Positions 41,236 to 55,897 of a stretch of 64,000 bases of DNA are shown piece after piece (positions within the stretch are counted from its first letter, which is position 1; every line of letters begins with the position of its first letter). Position numbers and translations under genes: made by a program. The DNA comes from Gammaproteobacteria bacterium (GTDB taxonomy: Bacteria > Pseudomonadota > Gammaproteobacteria > SZUA-229). The stretch is from the NCBI GenBank assembly GCA_029881275.1, contig JAOUMX010000002.1, positions 1,484-65,483 of the forward strand, in the 5' to 3' direction. The notes under the pieces were generated by a model that worked only from the letters and a program-made list of their open reading frames with translations, did no database searches and was not told the DNA's origin.

Positions 41236-42096
41236 ATGACAAACGAACTGATTCTTACTGGCAATCATCTACCCATTAGTTGCGGTGGACTGGATCAATA
41301 TATCCAGAAGGTCAATAACATTCCAATGCTGACGGCTGAGGAAGAATATGACCTTGGAACACGTTTGCAAGATCAGGGCGACATAAAATCAGCACAACGT
41401 CTGGTTATGTCTCACCTGCGTTTCGTTGTCCGTATTGCCCGCGGTTATCAGGGCTACGGTCTTGCTCTCGCAGACCTGATCCAGGAAGGTAACATCGGAC
41501 TGATGAAAGCCGTTAAGCGATTCAAGCCAGATCGCCAGGTACGACTGGTTTCATTTGCGGTTCACTGGATTCGTGCCGAAATACATGAATTTGTGTTACG
41601 TAACTGGCGCATCGTTAAAATTGCGACCACAAAAGCCCAACGCAAATTATTTTTTAATTTACGCAGTTCAAAAAAACGTCTTGGCTGGTTCAGCAATGAA
41701 GAAGTAAACGATGTTGCTAAAGACCTTGGCGTAAAACCTGAAACTGTCCTACAGATGGAAGCTCGATTAAGCAACTATGATGTCGCGTTTGATGGCACAG
41801 ATGATGACGATGATGAAAGCTTTGTTTCACCAGCCACCTATCTTGCCGATCAGAAAAATGACCCTGCAGCCCAGTTAGAAAAAGATGACTGGAAAGAACA
41901 GCAATTACAAACTTTATCTGACTCAATGAAAAGTCTTGATGATCGTAGTCGTGATATTTTAATGTGTCGCTGGCTGGACGATGATAATAAAGCCACACTT
42001 CATGATCTGGCAGAAAAATATAATGTTTCTGCTGAACGAATCAGACAGCTGGAAAAAAATGCCATGAATAAATTAAAGGCATCACTTGAAGCCTGA
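41236..42096 (+). CDS. rpoH: RNA polymerase sigma-32 heat-shock factor
   Basis: RpoH box QRKLFFNLR, regions 2 and 4. Confidence 0.92.
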   Translation: MTNELILTGNHLPISCGGLDQYIQKVNNIPMLTAEEEYDLGTRLQDQGDIKSAQRLVMSHLRFVVRIARGYQGYGLALADLIQEGNIGLMKAVKRFKPDRQVRLVSFAVHWIRAEIHEFVLRNWRIVKIATTKAQRKLFFNLRSSKKRLGWFSNEEVNDVAKDLGVKPETVLQMEARLSNYDVAFDGTDDDDDESFVSPATYLADQKNDPAAQLEKDDWKEQQLQTLSDSMKSLDDRSRDILMCRWLDDDNKATLHDLAEKYNVSAERIRQLEKNAMNKLKASLEA

Positions 42097-42123
42097 TAAT
42101 TCACCATTGACATATAGCCAATA

Positions 42124-42152
42124 AAAAAAGCAGCCCAGGCTGCTTTTTTATT
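42124..42152. terminator. bidirectional rho-independent terminator
   Basis: AAAAAAGCAGCC-CAG-GCTGCTTTTTT. Confidence 0.8.
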
Positions 42153-42160
42153 TCAGTTTT

Positions 42161-42508
42161 CTAATGAACAGATCCAAAAGATAAATCATTACAGTTTGGC
42201 GGCAATGGAATGCCTGCATATTTACACCCCTGAGCCACCGGCCCACGTGGAAACAGCTGATATAATCGACGCTTCCCTTCCCATTTACCAAACTCATACT
42301 CGAGCACATTAAGAAGTGTTCGCGCGTTATAATCACGACCATTCTTATCATAATATTTTCTTAAATACCGAATAACTTCCAGATGCTCAGCTGTCAGCTC
42401 CATGCCATCTTCACTGGCATATTTTCTGGCCACATCTTCCGACCAGTTATCCAGCTCTATTAAATGACCTTTTGCTTTTGACTCTTTTTCTTGAATTACG
42501 TTAGACAT
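42161..42508 (-). CDS. DsrC/TusE-family protein with both conserved C-terminal-arm cysteines
   Basis: LYQLFPRGPVAQGCKYAGIPLPPNC has two Cys 11 residues apart, as in DsrC. The start is taken at MSNVIQ, which has a GGAG 9 nt upstream. The ORF track extends to 42586. Confidence 0.7.
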   Translation of the reverse strand: MSNVIQEKESKAKGHLIELDNWSEDVARKYASEDGMELTAEHLEVIRYLRKYYDKNGRDYNARTLLNVLEYEFGKWEGKRRLYQLFPRGPVAQGCKYAGIPLPPNCNDLSFGSVH

Positions 42509-42822
42509 TTTAATCTCCATTACATAAACGAGGGGAGTTTCACTACTATATAGAGTAATAGTGGGGCCATATAAAGATAAGTTCAAACAATGTAATAATA
42601 AATTTTTTTATACGCCAGGCCGCAAAAATAAAAAACAATAACTATCAACAATAATTATTACGGTTATTTTTTTATAACCATTTTTCATAATTCAAAAACA
42701 TCCTGTTTTACATAAAGTTAAACAAATGCAAATAAATCTCCCAGAAATAAACCCTGTTTTTTATATTACTTAATACAAATAATCGCCATAGATTCAGTTT
42801 ATATTAGCAACCCCTGCTATTG

Positions 42823-43683
42823 TTATTTTTTTATCAATTTAACATTTTCAACGGGTATCTGGATTTCACCTCCCAATCTTCTGCCTGACATTTTGTCTGA
42901 TTTCCAGGCATGACCATAAAGAATCTCAAAACTGGCTGGTAAACAATCGTTTTGTCTAAACATTTCATACTGAGCAATAACTTTCTGTAATTTCCCGGGC
43001 GTTAACAAGCCCTTCATATTTCTATTAACAGGGGTATTGGCGCCTATTTTTTTTAAATCTGTCATCACAGTCATTGCATCATCATAGGTCAATGTCATCA
43101 TATCCATATCCATGACCGGCTCTGCAAACCCTGAGGCGAGAAGACTATCACCAAGATCATGCATATCAATAAATTCATTAACGTGCATAGCCTGATCCAC
43201 AACAGACCAGCTATGACGTAATTCTTTAAGGGTATCCGGGCCAAAAGTCGAAAACATCAACAACCCGCCGGGACGGAGAATTCGCAAAAACTCCTGAAAC
43301 ACTTTTTCTGGATGACACCATTGGAGCATCAGACTGGAAAAAATCAAATCAAATGTATTGTCTGCCAATGGCAAGCGTTCTGCATCTGCGCATAATAAAC
43401 CCGGCTTTCTAAAAATCCCGCCTTTTTTCTTGGTTTGCCTTAACATCGACACAGACAGATCCATTGCAATAACGGCCGATGATTTATAATATGACAACAA
43501 TCCTTGTGTACCCCATCCCGTACCTGCTCCTGCATCAAGAATCATTGCTGGTTTATTCTTTATCCAGGAGAGCCGTTCCAACATACGAGCACATACTTCT
43601 TTCTGCAATACAGCAGAAGACTCGTAACAACTCGCCCTGGAATTAAAATGTTTTTGAATGCGTTTCTTTTCTGAATTTATCAC
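42823..43683 (-). CDS. bioC: malonyl-ACP O-methyltransferase
   Basis: SAM-MTase motif LDAGAGTG. The position downstream of bioH is typical. Confidence 0.75.
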   Translation of the reverse strand: MINSEKKRIQKHFNSRASCYESSAVLQKEVCARMLERLSWIKNKPAMILDAGAGTGWGTQGLLSYYKSSAVIAMDLSVSMLRQTKKKGGIFRKPGLLCADAERLPLADNTFDLIFSSLMLQWCHPEKVFQEFLRILRPGGLLMFSTFGPDTLKELRHSWSVVDQAMHVNEFIDMHDLGDSLLASGFAEPVMDMDMMTLTYDDAMTVMTDLKKIGANTPVNRNMKGLLTPGKLQKVIAQYEMFRQNDCLPASFEILYGHAWKSDKMSGRRLGGEIQIPVENVKLIKK

Positions 43684-43688
43684 AACTA

Positions 43689-44471
43689 TTAAACAACTTT
43701 TTTTACTGATGAAATGAGTTTTTCGCTAAACTGATCCAGATGCGACAAGAACGGAGCATGCGCCGCTTTTTCTATGACAACAATTTCTATCTGTGAATTA
43801 TATTTTTGCAGCACACCAGCCAGAGATACTTTTACTAACGCATCTTTATCACCCAGAATCCAGATTACTGGCATTTTTAGATTAATCAACTGATCTCTTA
43901 TATCAACTGTCTTGAGTAATTTTAAACCTGCTTCAAGCGCCTGCACATTAGCTGGCGGCATTGCCAGTATTTTTTTTCGTAATTGCCTTAGGATTTGTCT
44001 TCCACTCTCAGACCCCTGGACCTGGAGTGACAAAAATCGCTGAATGGTTTCAATAAAATTATTTTCCAGACTTGCCGCGAACTCATCAAACACAACAGCC
44101 TTCATTCCATATAACCAGTCTTCTTTATAAATAAAACACGGAGAGTTAGCCACCAGCATTATTGCTTTAACTTTTTCAGGGTAATCCAGAGCCAATTGAC
44201 TCACCACCATGCCGCCCAATGACCAACCTACCCAATAAGCAGGCTCATTGACCATTTCGGCACATGCCTCTACAAGGTCACTCAATGTTAAAAAACCTGA
44301 CTGAACATTAGTTCCATGTCCCGGTAAATCGATACAGACGGGCTCTATCCAGTCTGGCAATGAATCAACAACAGGCTGCCATATTGCCTGATTCATACCC
44401 CAGCCATGAACAAACACGCATTTTATTTTTACTAAACTCATAAACTTGTCTTTACCCAAAACCACTGACAA
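43689..44471 (-). CDS. bioH: pimeloyl-ACP methyl ester esterase (alpha/beta hydrolase)
   Basis: HGWGMN and GWSLGG nucleophile elbow. Confidence 0.75.
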   Translation of the reverse strand: MSVVLGKDKFMSLVKIKCVFVHGWGMNQAIWQPVVDSLPDWIEPVCIDLPGHGTNVQSGFLTLSDLVEACAEMVNEPAYWVGWSLGGMVVSQLALDYPEKVKAIMLVANSPCFIYKEDWLYGMKAVVFDEFAASLENNFIETIQRFLSLQVQGSESGRQILRQLRKKILAMPPANVQALEAGLKLLKTVDIRDQLINLKMPVIWILGDKDALVKVSLAGVLQKYNSQIEIVVIEKAAHAPFLSHLDQFSEKLISSVKKVV

Positions 44472-44508
44472 TGGTAAATTTCAGTTTCCTTAAAAAAGTA
44501 GTGTTTAA

Positions 44509-45123
44509 GTGGATACTCTTCAACAGCCTATTATACTGATTATTGGATTCGCACTGTTTGCTTATTTGCTCGGATCTATTTCGACCGCGATTATCACCTG
44601 CAAAGTTATGGGTCTACCTGATCCCAGAACGGTTGGCTCCAATAACCCGGGGGCAACTAATGTTCTACGTGAAGGAGGAAAAAAAGCTGCTGCGATTACC
44701 TTATTCGGCGATATGTTAAAAGGACTAATCCCTGTTCTTCTGGCTGTATCACTATCAGCACCTGAACCAGCGATTGCAGCGGCAGGCCTCGCTGCATTCC
44801 TCGGACATTTATATCCTGTCTATTATGCTTTCAAAGGTGGCAAAGGTGTAGCGACCTTACTGGGCGTACTACTGGGTACGCACTGGATAATAGGGTTGAG
44901 TACCATTGGCGTCTGGTTATTAATCGCCTTTACTGTAAAAATCTCATCCGTGTCGGCATTGACAGCCGCCCTGTGCGCACCGATTTTTGTCTGGTACACA
45001 ACTGATTCTGAAATAATCACCATCACCACAATGATAATGACAATCCTGCTTTACTGGCGACATCGTAGCAATATAAACAATCTACTGACGGGTAAAGAAG
45101 GAAAAATTGGCTCCCGGAAATAA
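44509..45123 (+). CDS. plsY: glycerol-3-phosphate acyltransferase
   Basis: GSNNPGATNVLR motif and a five-TM profile. Confidence 0.9.
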   Translation: MDTLQQPIILIIGFALFAYLLGSISTAIITCKVMGLPDPRTVGSNNPGATNVLREGGKKAAAITLFGDMLKGLIPVLLAVSLSAPEPAIAAAGLAAFLGHLYPVYYAFKGGKGVATLLGVLLGTHWIIGLSTIGVWLLIAFTVKISSVSALTAALCAPIFVWYTTDSEIITITTMIMTILLYWRHRSNINNLLTGKEGKIGSRK

Positions 45124-45639
45124 TTATTCTTTTTGCTTTAAAATTAACTGATACACAACCAGGCATAACAAACCCAGAAACAGCAATAGCGTCTGCTCCG
45201 GGATACTTAAACCTAAAAACTGCCACTGTATTGCCGCACACTCCCCTGAGCCGGTAAACACTTTTTTAATAACATCCCATAACGGAAACACGTCCAGCAT
45301 AAACGACAGGCCAGCACCACATTCTGGCACTTTATCAGCAGGCAGATGCTGCAACCAGACATGCCTTATCGCAACCATTAGCGCTGATATCACTAATACC
45401 ATATTAATAGCTGCATATATACGCTGGCCTTTGCGTGCAGGGTTGTGTATTGCAGCCATCAGGAATACTGCTGCTATCGTCATAATCAAAACGCGATCAA
45501 TAATACATAATGGACAGGGCGTTAAGGCAAGTACACCCTGCAAATACAACACAGCAAACAGCATGGCTACAATACAGATCAAAAAACCTGCCAGATTCAA
45601 CAGCCGTGACCGTGGAAAATTCTTTTCATTTATTATCAT
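45124..45639 (-). CDS. dsbB: disulfide bond formation protein B
   Basis: Four TM helices with CPLC and a second periplasmic Cys pair. The start is taken at MIINEK, giving an ATGA overlap with tsaD. Confidence 0.8.
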   Translation of the reverse strand: MIINEKNFPRSRLLNLAGFLICIVAMLFAVLYLQGVLALTPCPLCIIDRVLIMTIAAVFLMAAIHNPARKGQRIYAAINMVLVISALMVAIRHVWLQHLPADKVPECGAGLSFMLDVFPLWDVIKKVFTGSGECAAIQWQFLGLSIPEQTLLLFLGLLCLVVYQLILKQKE

Positions 45640-46667
45640 GATATTTGACTCAACTCTTCCATAGGCCATCTGGCCCTCGCATGAATAATCAAAGGATCAT
45701 ACTGGCCCGCCATTAATCGCTGGCAACCCACATAGGCAATCATGGCACCATTATCAGTACAAAATTCGATTCTTGGATAAAACAGTTTTCCGCCCTGCTT
45801 TTCTACCATCACTTTTAACGAGGCCCGTAAACGCAAATTAGCCCCCACACCACCGGCAATCACCAGAGTTTTAATTCCCGTCTGCTTAATTGCACGCTGA
45901 CACTTGATACGCAGGGTATCCACAACTGCTTCCTCAAATGCCCTGGCAATATTAGCCTTAGTTTGCTGCTGGTCACCTAAATCTTCAGCTACAGCAGTTT
46001 GATAAGTATTTAATGTAAAGGTTTTCAGCCCGCTAAAACTAAAATCCAGACCGGGTCGATCTGTCATCGGGCGTGGAAAATGATATATACCGGCATATCC
46101 CTGCTCAGCCAGTTTGGCCAGCACCGGACCACCAGGATAACCAAGATCCAGCAATTTGGCCGTCTTATCAAAAGCTTCACCGGCGGCATCATCGAGACTT
46201 TCACCCAGTATTTTATACTGACCCACACCCTGAACCTCAGCCAGCAAGGTATGCCCGCCAGATACCAGTAGCGCAATAAAAGGAAACTGCGGGGATGGTG
46301 ATTCCAGCATAGGTGCGAGCAAATGCCCTTCCATATGATGCACACCCAGGGCCGGTACATCCAGCGCCATGGCCATGGCTCGGGCTGCCGAGGCACCTAC
46401 CATGAGCGCTCCAATCAACCCTGGCCCCGCCGTATAGGCAATTCCATCAATATCCTGCTTACAAATACCCGCCTGCTGGAATGCTTTTTCAGTCAATGGC
46501 AGTAAGTAACGAATATGGTCTCTTGAGGCCAGTTCCGGCACCACTCCCCCATATTCCGCATGTAATTTGACCTGAGAATGCAGCGAATGGGCCAGCAATC
46601 CCTGCTCTGAATCGTAAATAGCGATACCGGTTTCATCGCAGGAGGTTTCTATTCCAAGTACTTTCAT
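45636..46667 (-). CDS. tsaD: tRNA N6-adenosine threonylcarbamoyltransferase
   Basis: [19 protein letters not shown]. Confidence 0.92.
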   Translation of the reverse strand: MKVLGIETSCDETGIAIYDSEQGLLAHSLHSQVKLHAEYGGVVPELASRDHIRYLLPLTEKAFQQAGICKQDIDGIAYTAGPGLIGALMVGASAARAMAMALDVPALGVHHMEGHLLAPMLESPSPQFPFIALLVSGGHTLLAEVQGVGQYKILGESLDDAAGEAFDKTAKLLDLGYPGGPVLAKLAEQGYAGIYHFPRPMTDRPGLDFSFSGLKTFTLNTYQTAVAEDLGDQQQTKANIARAFEEAVVDTLRIKCQRAIKQTGIKTLVIAGGVGANLRLRASLKVMVEKQGGKLFYPRIEFCTDNGAMIAYVGCQRLMAGQYDPLIIHARARWPMEELSQIS

Positions 46668-46752
46668 AATAATGGTTTTGGTAATTGTTAAAAAACTGAA
46701 GTATAATCCGCGGGTTCTACTGTACAGAATTTTTTAACTGAGTGAGAAATTA

Positions 46753-46980
46753 ATGCCATCTGTAAAATTAAAAGATAACGAACCCTTTGACGTCGCACTG
46801 CGTCGTTTCAAACGTTCATGTGAGAAAGCCGGTATTCTAACCGAAATTCGTCGCCGTGAGGCCTACGAAAAACCCACTACAGAACGCAAGCGTAAAGCGG
46901 CTGCGGCTGTAAAGCGTCATCTGAAAAAGCTGTCTAAAGAGAAAGAGCGTTTAGTTCGCAATCCTCGTCGTCGTCGTTAA
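46753..46980 (+). CDS. rpsU: 30S ribosomal protein S21
   Basis: [19 protein letters not shown]...[10 protein letters not shown]. Confidence 0.92.
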   Translation: MPSVKLKDNEPFDVALRRFKRSCEKAGILTEIRRREAYEKPTTERKRKAAAAVKRHLKKLSKEKERLVRNPRRRR

Positions 46981-46993
46981 TCGCGGTCTGATA

Positions 46994-48903
<1,910 letters not shown>

Positions 48904-48940
48904 TAATAAAAACATCACACGCTAAAAATGCGGGAAAATT

Positions 48941-50005
48941 ATGTCTGAATTAAAAAACGATCGCTTTTTACGTGCACTATTAAAACAACCGGTAGACCGT
49001 ACGCCTATCTGGATTATGCGCCAGGCAGGCCGCTATTTACCTGAATACCGTGCCACTCGTGAAAAAGCTGGCGACTTCATGACACTGTGTTCAACGCCAG
49101 ATTTAGCCTGCGAAGTCACATTACAACCACTGGAACGCTTTGATCTGGACGCAGCCATTCTATTTTCAGATATTTTAACGGTGCCGGACGCCATGGGACT
49201 GGGTCTTTATTTTGAAGAAGGCGAAGGCCCAAAATTTGAACGCCCCGTACGCACAGAAAAAGACATTAAAAATTTACCCGTCCCTGACCCTGAAGATGAA
49301 CTGGGTTATGTCATGGATGCCGTGCGCACCATCCGACGAGAATTAAATGGTAGCGTGCCTTTAATTGGCTTCTCCGGCAGCCCATGGACACTGGCCACCT
49401 ATATGGTTGAAGGTGGCAGCAGCAAAACGTTTAGCACCACCAAAACCATGGCATTTGAACAACCCAAACTGGCCCATTTGTTACTTAGCAAAATCAGTGA
49501 ATCTGTTGTCAGCTATTTAAATGCACAGGTAGCCGCAGGCGCGCAGGCATTAATGATTTTTGACACCTGGGGTGGCAGCTTATCTCCACAGATGTACAAA
49601 GAATTTTCTCTCCATTATATGCGTGATATTGTTTCAAAACTTACACGTGAAAATGATGGCCGCAAAGTTCCGGTTATTTTATTTACCAAAGGTGGCGGAC
49701 AGTGGTTAAGCGATATTGCTGATACTGGCTGTGATGCGCTCGGCCTTGACTGGACAACGGACATTGCACTGGCACGTCGACAGGTCGGTGACCGTGTCGC
49801 ACTTCAGGGCAACATGGACCCGACAACCCTATGCGCATCGCCGGACATCATTCGTCAGGAAGCCGCAAAAATACTCAAGGCATATGGAAATGGCAGCGGC
49901 CACGTTTTCAACCTTGGTCATGGCATCACGCCTGATATTAATCCTGAACATGTGAAAACTCTGGTTGATAGCGTTCATGAGCTAAGCGCGCAATATCATA
50001 AATAA
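48941..50005 (+). CDS. hemE: uroporphyrinogen decarboxylase
   Basis: N-terminus [17 protein letters not shown]. Confidence 0.92.
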   Translation: MSELKNDRFLRALLKQPVDRTPIWIMRQAGRYLPEYRATREKAGDFMTLCSTPDLACEVTLQPLERFDLDAAILFSDILTVPDAMGLGLYFEEGEGPKFERPVRTEKDIKNLPVPDPEDELGYVMDAVRTIRRELNGSVPLIGFSGSPWTLATYMVEGGSSKTFSTTKTMAFEQPKLAHLLLSKISESVVSYLNAQVAAGAQALMIFDTWGGSLSPQMYKEFSLHYMRDIVSKLTRENDGRKVPVILFTKGGGQWLSDIADTGCDALGLDWTTDIALARRQVGDRVALQGNMDPTTLCASPDIIRQEAAKILKAYGNGSGHVFNLGHGITPDINPEHVKTLVDSVHELSAQYHK

Positions 50006-50217
50006 GTAAAATATTATTGCGAGAAAGCCCTCGCCTAAAGCATTTGTTTTACCTATCTCGCGCTATGCCTGTTGCCGGCAGAGCTCAAAAGACTTAAATA
50101 TTTTTCAGCTGAAACCACTGTCAGACTTTTCTCGACAGCATACTGGCTGACACCTGTTAAAATATTTTCTAACAAAAATTTAACACCAAACAGTCTAATA
50201 TAACTTGGGCCTGATAA

Positions 50218-52719
50218 TTAAAATAATTGTTCAGGTATAACTTCTTCTGTACCCAAATTTTCATTACCACCCGGATTTATTACAGCTTTCTGCGTTGGCA
50301 CATATTCAGATCTAAATGTTTCAAATATCGCACCAGTGTCATCTTCTGTCACCAGTTCACCTGTTTTGGAATTAATACGGACAGTTGCCAGATTTTCCGG
50401 TCTTTCCATTACAGCTTCAGGCACCCCCTGCAAGGCCGTACGCATAAAATCAATCCACATTGGCAGAGCCGCTTTTGAGCCTGTTTCATTATTTCCTAAT
50501 GAGCGCTGCTGCTCATCAAAACCAACCCATGCAGTTGCCACCAGCGCATGATTAAAGCCGTTAAACCAGGCATCTTTCTGATCATTCGTGGTACCTGTTT
50601 TACCTGCCAAATCGTTCCTGCCCAATGATCTTGCGCGCCTAGCTGTTCCTCTATTAATAACATCCTGTAAGATCGAATTCATAATATAAATGGTCCGCTC
50701 ATCAACCACTCTCTCAGCCTGCCTGGGTAATGCCGCATCAATACCCACTTCCGTCACAATAGAATCATCAATAACCGTTTCCAGACCATGAATTTTTTTC
50801 TCAATAATCTCTTTTGATTCTAATTCAACAACCGGCTTTGCATTATTTTCCCTGGCCTGCAAAACACAGCTTACACAGGCAACATCCGGTTCCGCCTCAA
50901 ACAAAACATTGCCATGTAAATCTTCAATGCGTTTTATAAAATAGGGTTTGATTCGATACCCCCCATTAGCAAATACTGCAAACCCGGTTGACAACTCCAG
51001 CGGACTTAATTCACAACTACCTAATGACAATGAAAGATCATAAGGCAAGGAATCTGGATCAAACCCAAAACGACTGGCAAAATTAACCGCATACTTGAGA
51101 CCAATTGATCTCAACAATCGTATTGAAACAAGATTTCTGGAATTGGTTAATGCTTCTCGTAATCGTGTTGGCCCAAAAAACTTTCCACTATAATTTTCCG
51201 GTCTCCACATACCCTCTAATGCAGGATCATGAAACACCACTGGAGCGTCATTAATAATTGATGCAGCCGTGTAACCCCTTTCCAGTGCAGCTGTGTAAAT
51301 AAAAGGCTTAAAACTTGAACCTGCCTGTCTTTTAGCCTGAACAGCACGATTAAATTTACTACTATAAAAATCAAATCCACCAACCAGTGCTTTTATAGCG
51401 CCATCATTAGGCACCAATGATACCAGCGCACCCTGAACTTCAGGTATCTGACCGAGACGCCAACGGTTATCATCATCACGATAGACGCGTACCATATCTC
51501 CAACGGCAAGAATTTCACCTGCCGTTTCTGGCGGTGAACCCTGAGTATTCACATCAATATAGGTTTTAGCCCATGAGAGCGCATCCCAATCCAGACTGAT
51601 CAGGCGCCCACCTTTCATATACACACGAGCCTCCTGCTCATTCACTTCTATCACCAGAGCAGCCATCAGGTTACCATGATTACTCTTTATAGACAGAGCC
51701 TGCTCCCAATCATCCGCAGTCTCTTCACCTGTTAATTCAATACGCGCTTCTGCACCTCTAAACCCGTGACGCTGATCATAAGCCATCAACGAATTCTGAA
51801 AACTCTGGTTAGCAGCCTGTTGTAAACGGGCATCAATGGTGGTTACAACTCTCAAGCCCCTGTTATAAGCATCTTCACCAAATTGCTGAGATATTTCTGC
51901 CCTCACCATTTCCGCAACATAATGGGCCGATAATTCTATTGGTGAATCATGCAAGCCGGCGGTAACGGCCTGAGCCCGTGCCCAGCGATATTCAGGTTCC
52001 TGGATAATCCCTAAATCCAGCATACGCTTTAATACATAATCACGTCTTGTCAGTGCTCTATCGGGATTAATGACAGGATTATAGGCTGATGGTGCTTTTG
52101 GCAATCCTGCTATCATAGCCATCTGAGCAAGATCCAGATCAGCCAGTGCCTTACCATAATAAACCTGACTGGCGGCAGCCACACCATAAGCCCGATTACC
52201 CAGGTATATCTTGTTCAAATAGAGCTCTAAAATTTGATCCTTACTCAGCGCCTGCTCGATTTTCATCGCCAGGAATATTTCATTCAGCTTACGTGCATAG
52301 GTTTTTTCACTGCTAAGATAAAAATTTCGTGCCAGCTGCATGGTAATAGTACTACCCCCCTGACCGCGATCCCCGGTTTTGATCATATGCATAACCGCTC
52401 GCAGAATACCCTGATAGTCAACGCCGGGATGCTCATAAAACCGATCATCCTCTGCTGCGAGAAAAGCCTGTTTTAACAAATCAGGTATATCCTTAAGCGC
52501 CTTGGGCGATCGCCTTTTCTCCCCATATTCTGCAATTAATTGACCTTCTGCACTGTAAATACGCAAAGGCACCTGCAATTGAATATCACTCAAACCTTCA
52601 ATTGATGGTAACTGGGGTAATAAATAGAGATAAACGGCTACCAAACCGGCGAGACCAAGCGCAAAAGCAGCTACTGTCATTTTCAGCCCTGTTCGCAGGA
52701 CAACTAACATTTTTTGCAT
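50218..52719 (-). CDS. mrcA: penicillin-binding protein 1A (bifunctional transglycosylase/transpeptidase)
   Basis: GT51 motifs (EDDRFYEH, GGSTITMQ) and TP motifs (SSFKPF, SRN, KTGT). Confidence 0.92.
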   Translation of the reverse strand: MQKMLVVLRTGLKMTVAAFALGLAGLVAVYLYLLPQLPSIEGLSDIQLQVPLRIYSAEGQLIAEYGEKRRSPKALKDIPDLLKQAFLAAEDDRFYEHPGVDYQGILRAVMHMIKTGDRGQGGSTITMQLARNFYLSSEKTYARKLNEIFLAMKIEQALSKDQILELYLNKIYLGNRAYGVAAASQVYYGKALADLDLAQMAMIAGLPKAPSAYNPVINPDRALTRRDYVLKRMLDLGIIQEPEYRWARAQAVTAGLHDSPIELSAHYVAEMVRAEISQQFGEDAYNRGLRVVTTIDARLQQAANQSFQNSLMAYDQRHGFRGAEARIELTGEETADDWEQALSIKSNHGNLMAALVIEVNEQEARVYMKGGRLISLDWDALSWAKTYIDVNTQGSPPETAGEILAVGDMVRVYRDDDNRWRLGQIPEVQGALVSLVPNDGAIKALVGGFDFYSSKFNRAVQAKRQAGSSFKPFIYTAALERGYTAASIINDAPVVFHDPALEGMWRPENYSGKFFGPTRLREALTNSRNLVSIRLLRSIGLKYAVNFASRFGFDPDSLPYDLSLSLGSCELSPLELSTGFAVFANGGYRIKPYFIKRIEDLHGNVLFEAEPDVACVSCVLQARENNAKPVVELESKEIIEKKIHGLETVIDDSIVTEVGIDAALPRQAERVVDERTIYIMNSILQDVINRGTARRARSLGRNDLAGKTGTTNDQKDAWFNGFNHALVATAWVGFDEQQRSLGNNETGSKAALPMWIDFMRTALQGVPEAVMERPENLATVRINSKTGELVTEDDTGAIFETFRSEYVPTQKAVINPGGNENLGTEEVIPEQLF

Positions 52720-52984
52720 ACTATTATTTCTTCTCTAAAAAGAGATTTTTATACCTAAAAAGTAAAAAGCCAAACCGAATATTCAGACACAAATCAACTA
52801 TGATTAATTCAATTGCAGAATTATAAAGGGTACAGGCATCAAACGACTCACTAAAAGTCATTAAAATCATGCTGAATTTGAGCCACTCGACAATTATTAC
52901 AAAATTATAGCCCTTGAAAGGCAGCCAGGCGACAGTAATTTTAAAAATAGGCTAGTATTATTCGATACTTGCGGCTAATATTTA

Positions 52985-52998
52985 ATGCAAATTTGCAT
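52985..52998. promoter_or_regulatory. perfect palindrome ATGCAAATTTGCAT in the mrcA/pilM divergent promoter region
   Basis: I read it in the sequence, about 50 bp upstream of the pilM GTG start. Confidence 0.3.
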
Positions 52999-53033
52999 AA
53001 AAGAACTATAACTACCTATGTGCAATGGAATAA

Positions 53034-54145
<1,112 letters not shown>

Positions 54146-54146
<1 letters not shown>

Positions 54147-54709
54147 TGGCAACTCATATTAACCTGCTACCATGGCGCGATGAACTGCGTGCAGAACAAA
54201 CCAGACAGTTTGTATCGCTCACTATTATCTCGGTTATTTTTACTCTGGCGATAATATTACTAATACACGCCAACCTGGAACGCTTAATCAGTTTTCAAGA
54301 ACAAAGAAATCAAATTTTGACTGATGAAATCAAGAAACTGGATAAAGAACTGGAACAAATAAAAGACCTGGAAGATACAAAAGAAAAATTACTCTCTCGC
54401 ATGGAGATCATTCAGTCATTACAACAAAAACGTCCTCAAATAGTTCATCTATTTGATGAACTGGTTAGATCAGTACCTGAAGGTTTGCATCTGGATTCAA
54501 TTAAACAATCTGGTGAATCGCTAACCATTATTGGCATGGCAGAATCCAATGGGCGAGTATCCGCATATATGCGTAATATTGACGCATCTGACTGGATGAC
54601 AAAACCTCGCCTGACAGTAATAGAAAGCAAACGAAAAGACGGTCGTGGTAGTGAATTCACACTCACAGCCTCTCAATCATCACCTAAAGATGTAGAAGAG
54701 GAAAAATAA
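54146..54709 (+). CDS. pilN: type IV pilus assembly protein PilN
   Basis: INLLPWR N-terminus, single TM helix, coiled coil. Confidence 0.88.
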
Positions 54710-54711
54710 TA

Positions 54712-55347
54712 ATGGATATTAAAAAAACATTAGACAAAATTAATGAAATCGATTTAAGTCAGTTAGATGTTAATGACATTAAAAAAATCGGTTCCGCACC
54801 TGCACCTGTAAAAGTTATTGCCATATTGCTTGTATGTCTGGCTGTTGGCGGAATTGGTATCTGGCAGGACACCATGAAACAACTTGATGCCCTGAAAAAA
54901 GCCGAAGAAGAAGAACTGACCTTAAAGCAAACTTTCGATTTCAAACAAAGCAAAGCGGCAAATCTGGACGCTTATTCACAGCAACTGGATGAAATGAAAC
55001 GCTCTTTTGGTGCATTACTAAGACAGCTACCCAACAAAACCGAAATTGAATCTTTACTCACCGATATTTCACAAACAGGTATTGCCAGCGGTCTTGAAAT
55101 TGAGTTTTTCAAACCTGAAGGATTAAGCCCAAAAGAATTCTATGCAGAATTCCCAATCAAACTCCGCGTCTCCGGCCGTTTTCATCAATTTGGAAAGTTT
55201 GTTAGTGGTGTTGCAGCATTGCCTCGAATAGTAACCATGAGAGATATTACCATCCAGCATCCTCAGGACCAGAAAACTGGAGTAAAACTGGTAATGGAAG
55301 TTACTGCTGTAACTTATCAATATCTCGATGAGCAAGAGGACGTTTAA
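54712..55347 (+). CDS. pilO: type IV pilus assembly protein PilO
   Basis: Gene order, TM helix and PilO-like domain. Confidence 0.85.
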   Translation: MDIKKTLDKINEIDLSQLDVNDIKKIGSAPAPVKVIAILLVCLAVGGIGIWQDTMKQLDALKKAEEEELTLKQTFDFKQSKAANLDAYSQQLDEMKRSFGALLRQLPNKTEIESLLTDISQTGIASGLEIEFFKPEGLSPKEFYAEFPIKLRVSGRFHQFGKFVSGVAALPRIVTMRDITIQHPQDQKTGVKLVMEVTAVTYQYLDEQEDV

Positions 55348-55350
55348 ACG

Positions 55351-55881
55351 ATGCGGACTTTGCCTAAACACATTACAAAGAAAATACTGGCAATAGGATT
55401 AATCGCCATTACCAGTAGTTGCTCAAGAGACAACACTGATCTTTATACATTTATTGAACAAACAAAATCAAAACATGTTGGTAGCGTACAACCATTACCA
55501 CAATTTAAGCCGTATAAAAACTTTACTTATTCAGCCGCTGATTTAAGAGACCCATTTGAAGCAGCTTTTGAAGAAGAAAAAGACAACGCCTCAGAATCCA
55601 GTCTACGACCTAATATTCAGCGACCAAAAGAACCACTTGAGTCATTTCCTCTGGATACTTTACGAATGGTCGGCATACTGGAGCAGAATGAACAAATTTG
55701 GGGACTAATAAAAGACCCGAACAATGTGGTTCACCGAATTCAGGCAGGTAACTACGCTGGTCAGAATGAAGGTCAAATCATATCAGTAACAGAACAACAA
55801 ATAGATCTAATTGAGATAATACCAGATGGTCTCGGTGCATACATAGAACGTGAAGCATCCCTGGCCATTGGGTCTGATTGA
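55351..55881 (+). CDS. pilP: type IV pilus assembly lipoprotein PilP
   Basis: Lipobox ITSSC and position. Confidence 0.8.
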   Translation: MRTLPKHITKKILAIGLIAITSSCSRDNTDLYTFIEQTKSKHVGSVQPLPQFKPYKNFTYSAADLRDPFEAAFEEEKDNASESSLRPNIQRPKEPLESFPLDTLRMVGILEQNEQIWGLIKDPNNVVHRIQAGNYAGQNEGQIISVTEQQIDLIEIIPDGLGAYIEREASLAIGSD

Positions 55882-55897
55882 ACATTACGGAGTCATC

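Noticed and set aside
42823-44471. bioC-bioH without bioF/bioD/bioB as a possible anomaly.
   Set aside because: The bioH-bioC pairing is a common arrangement, and the rest of the pathway is probably elsewhere in the genome. It is not informative from this window alone.
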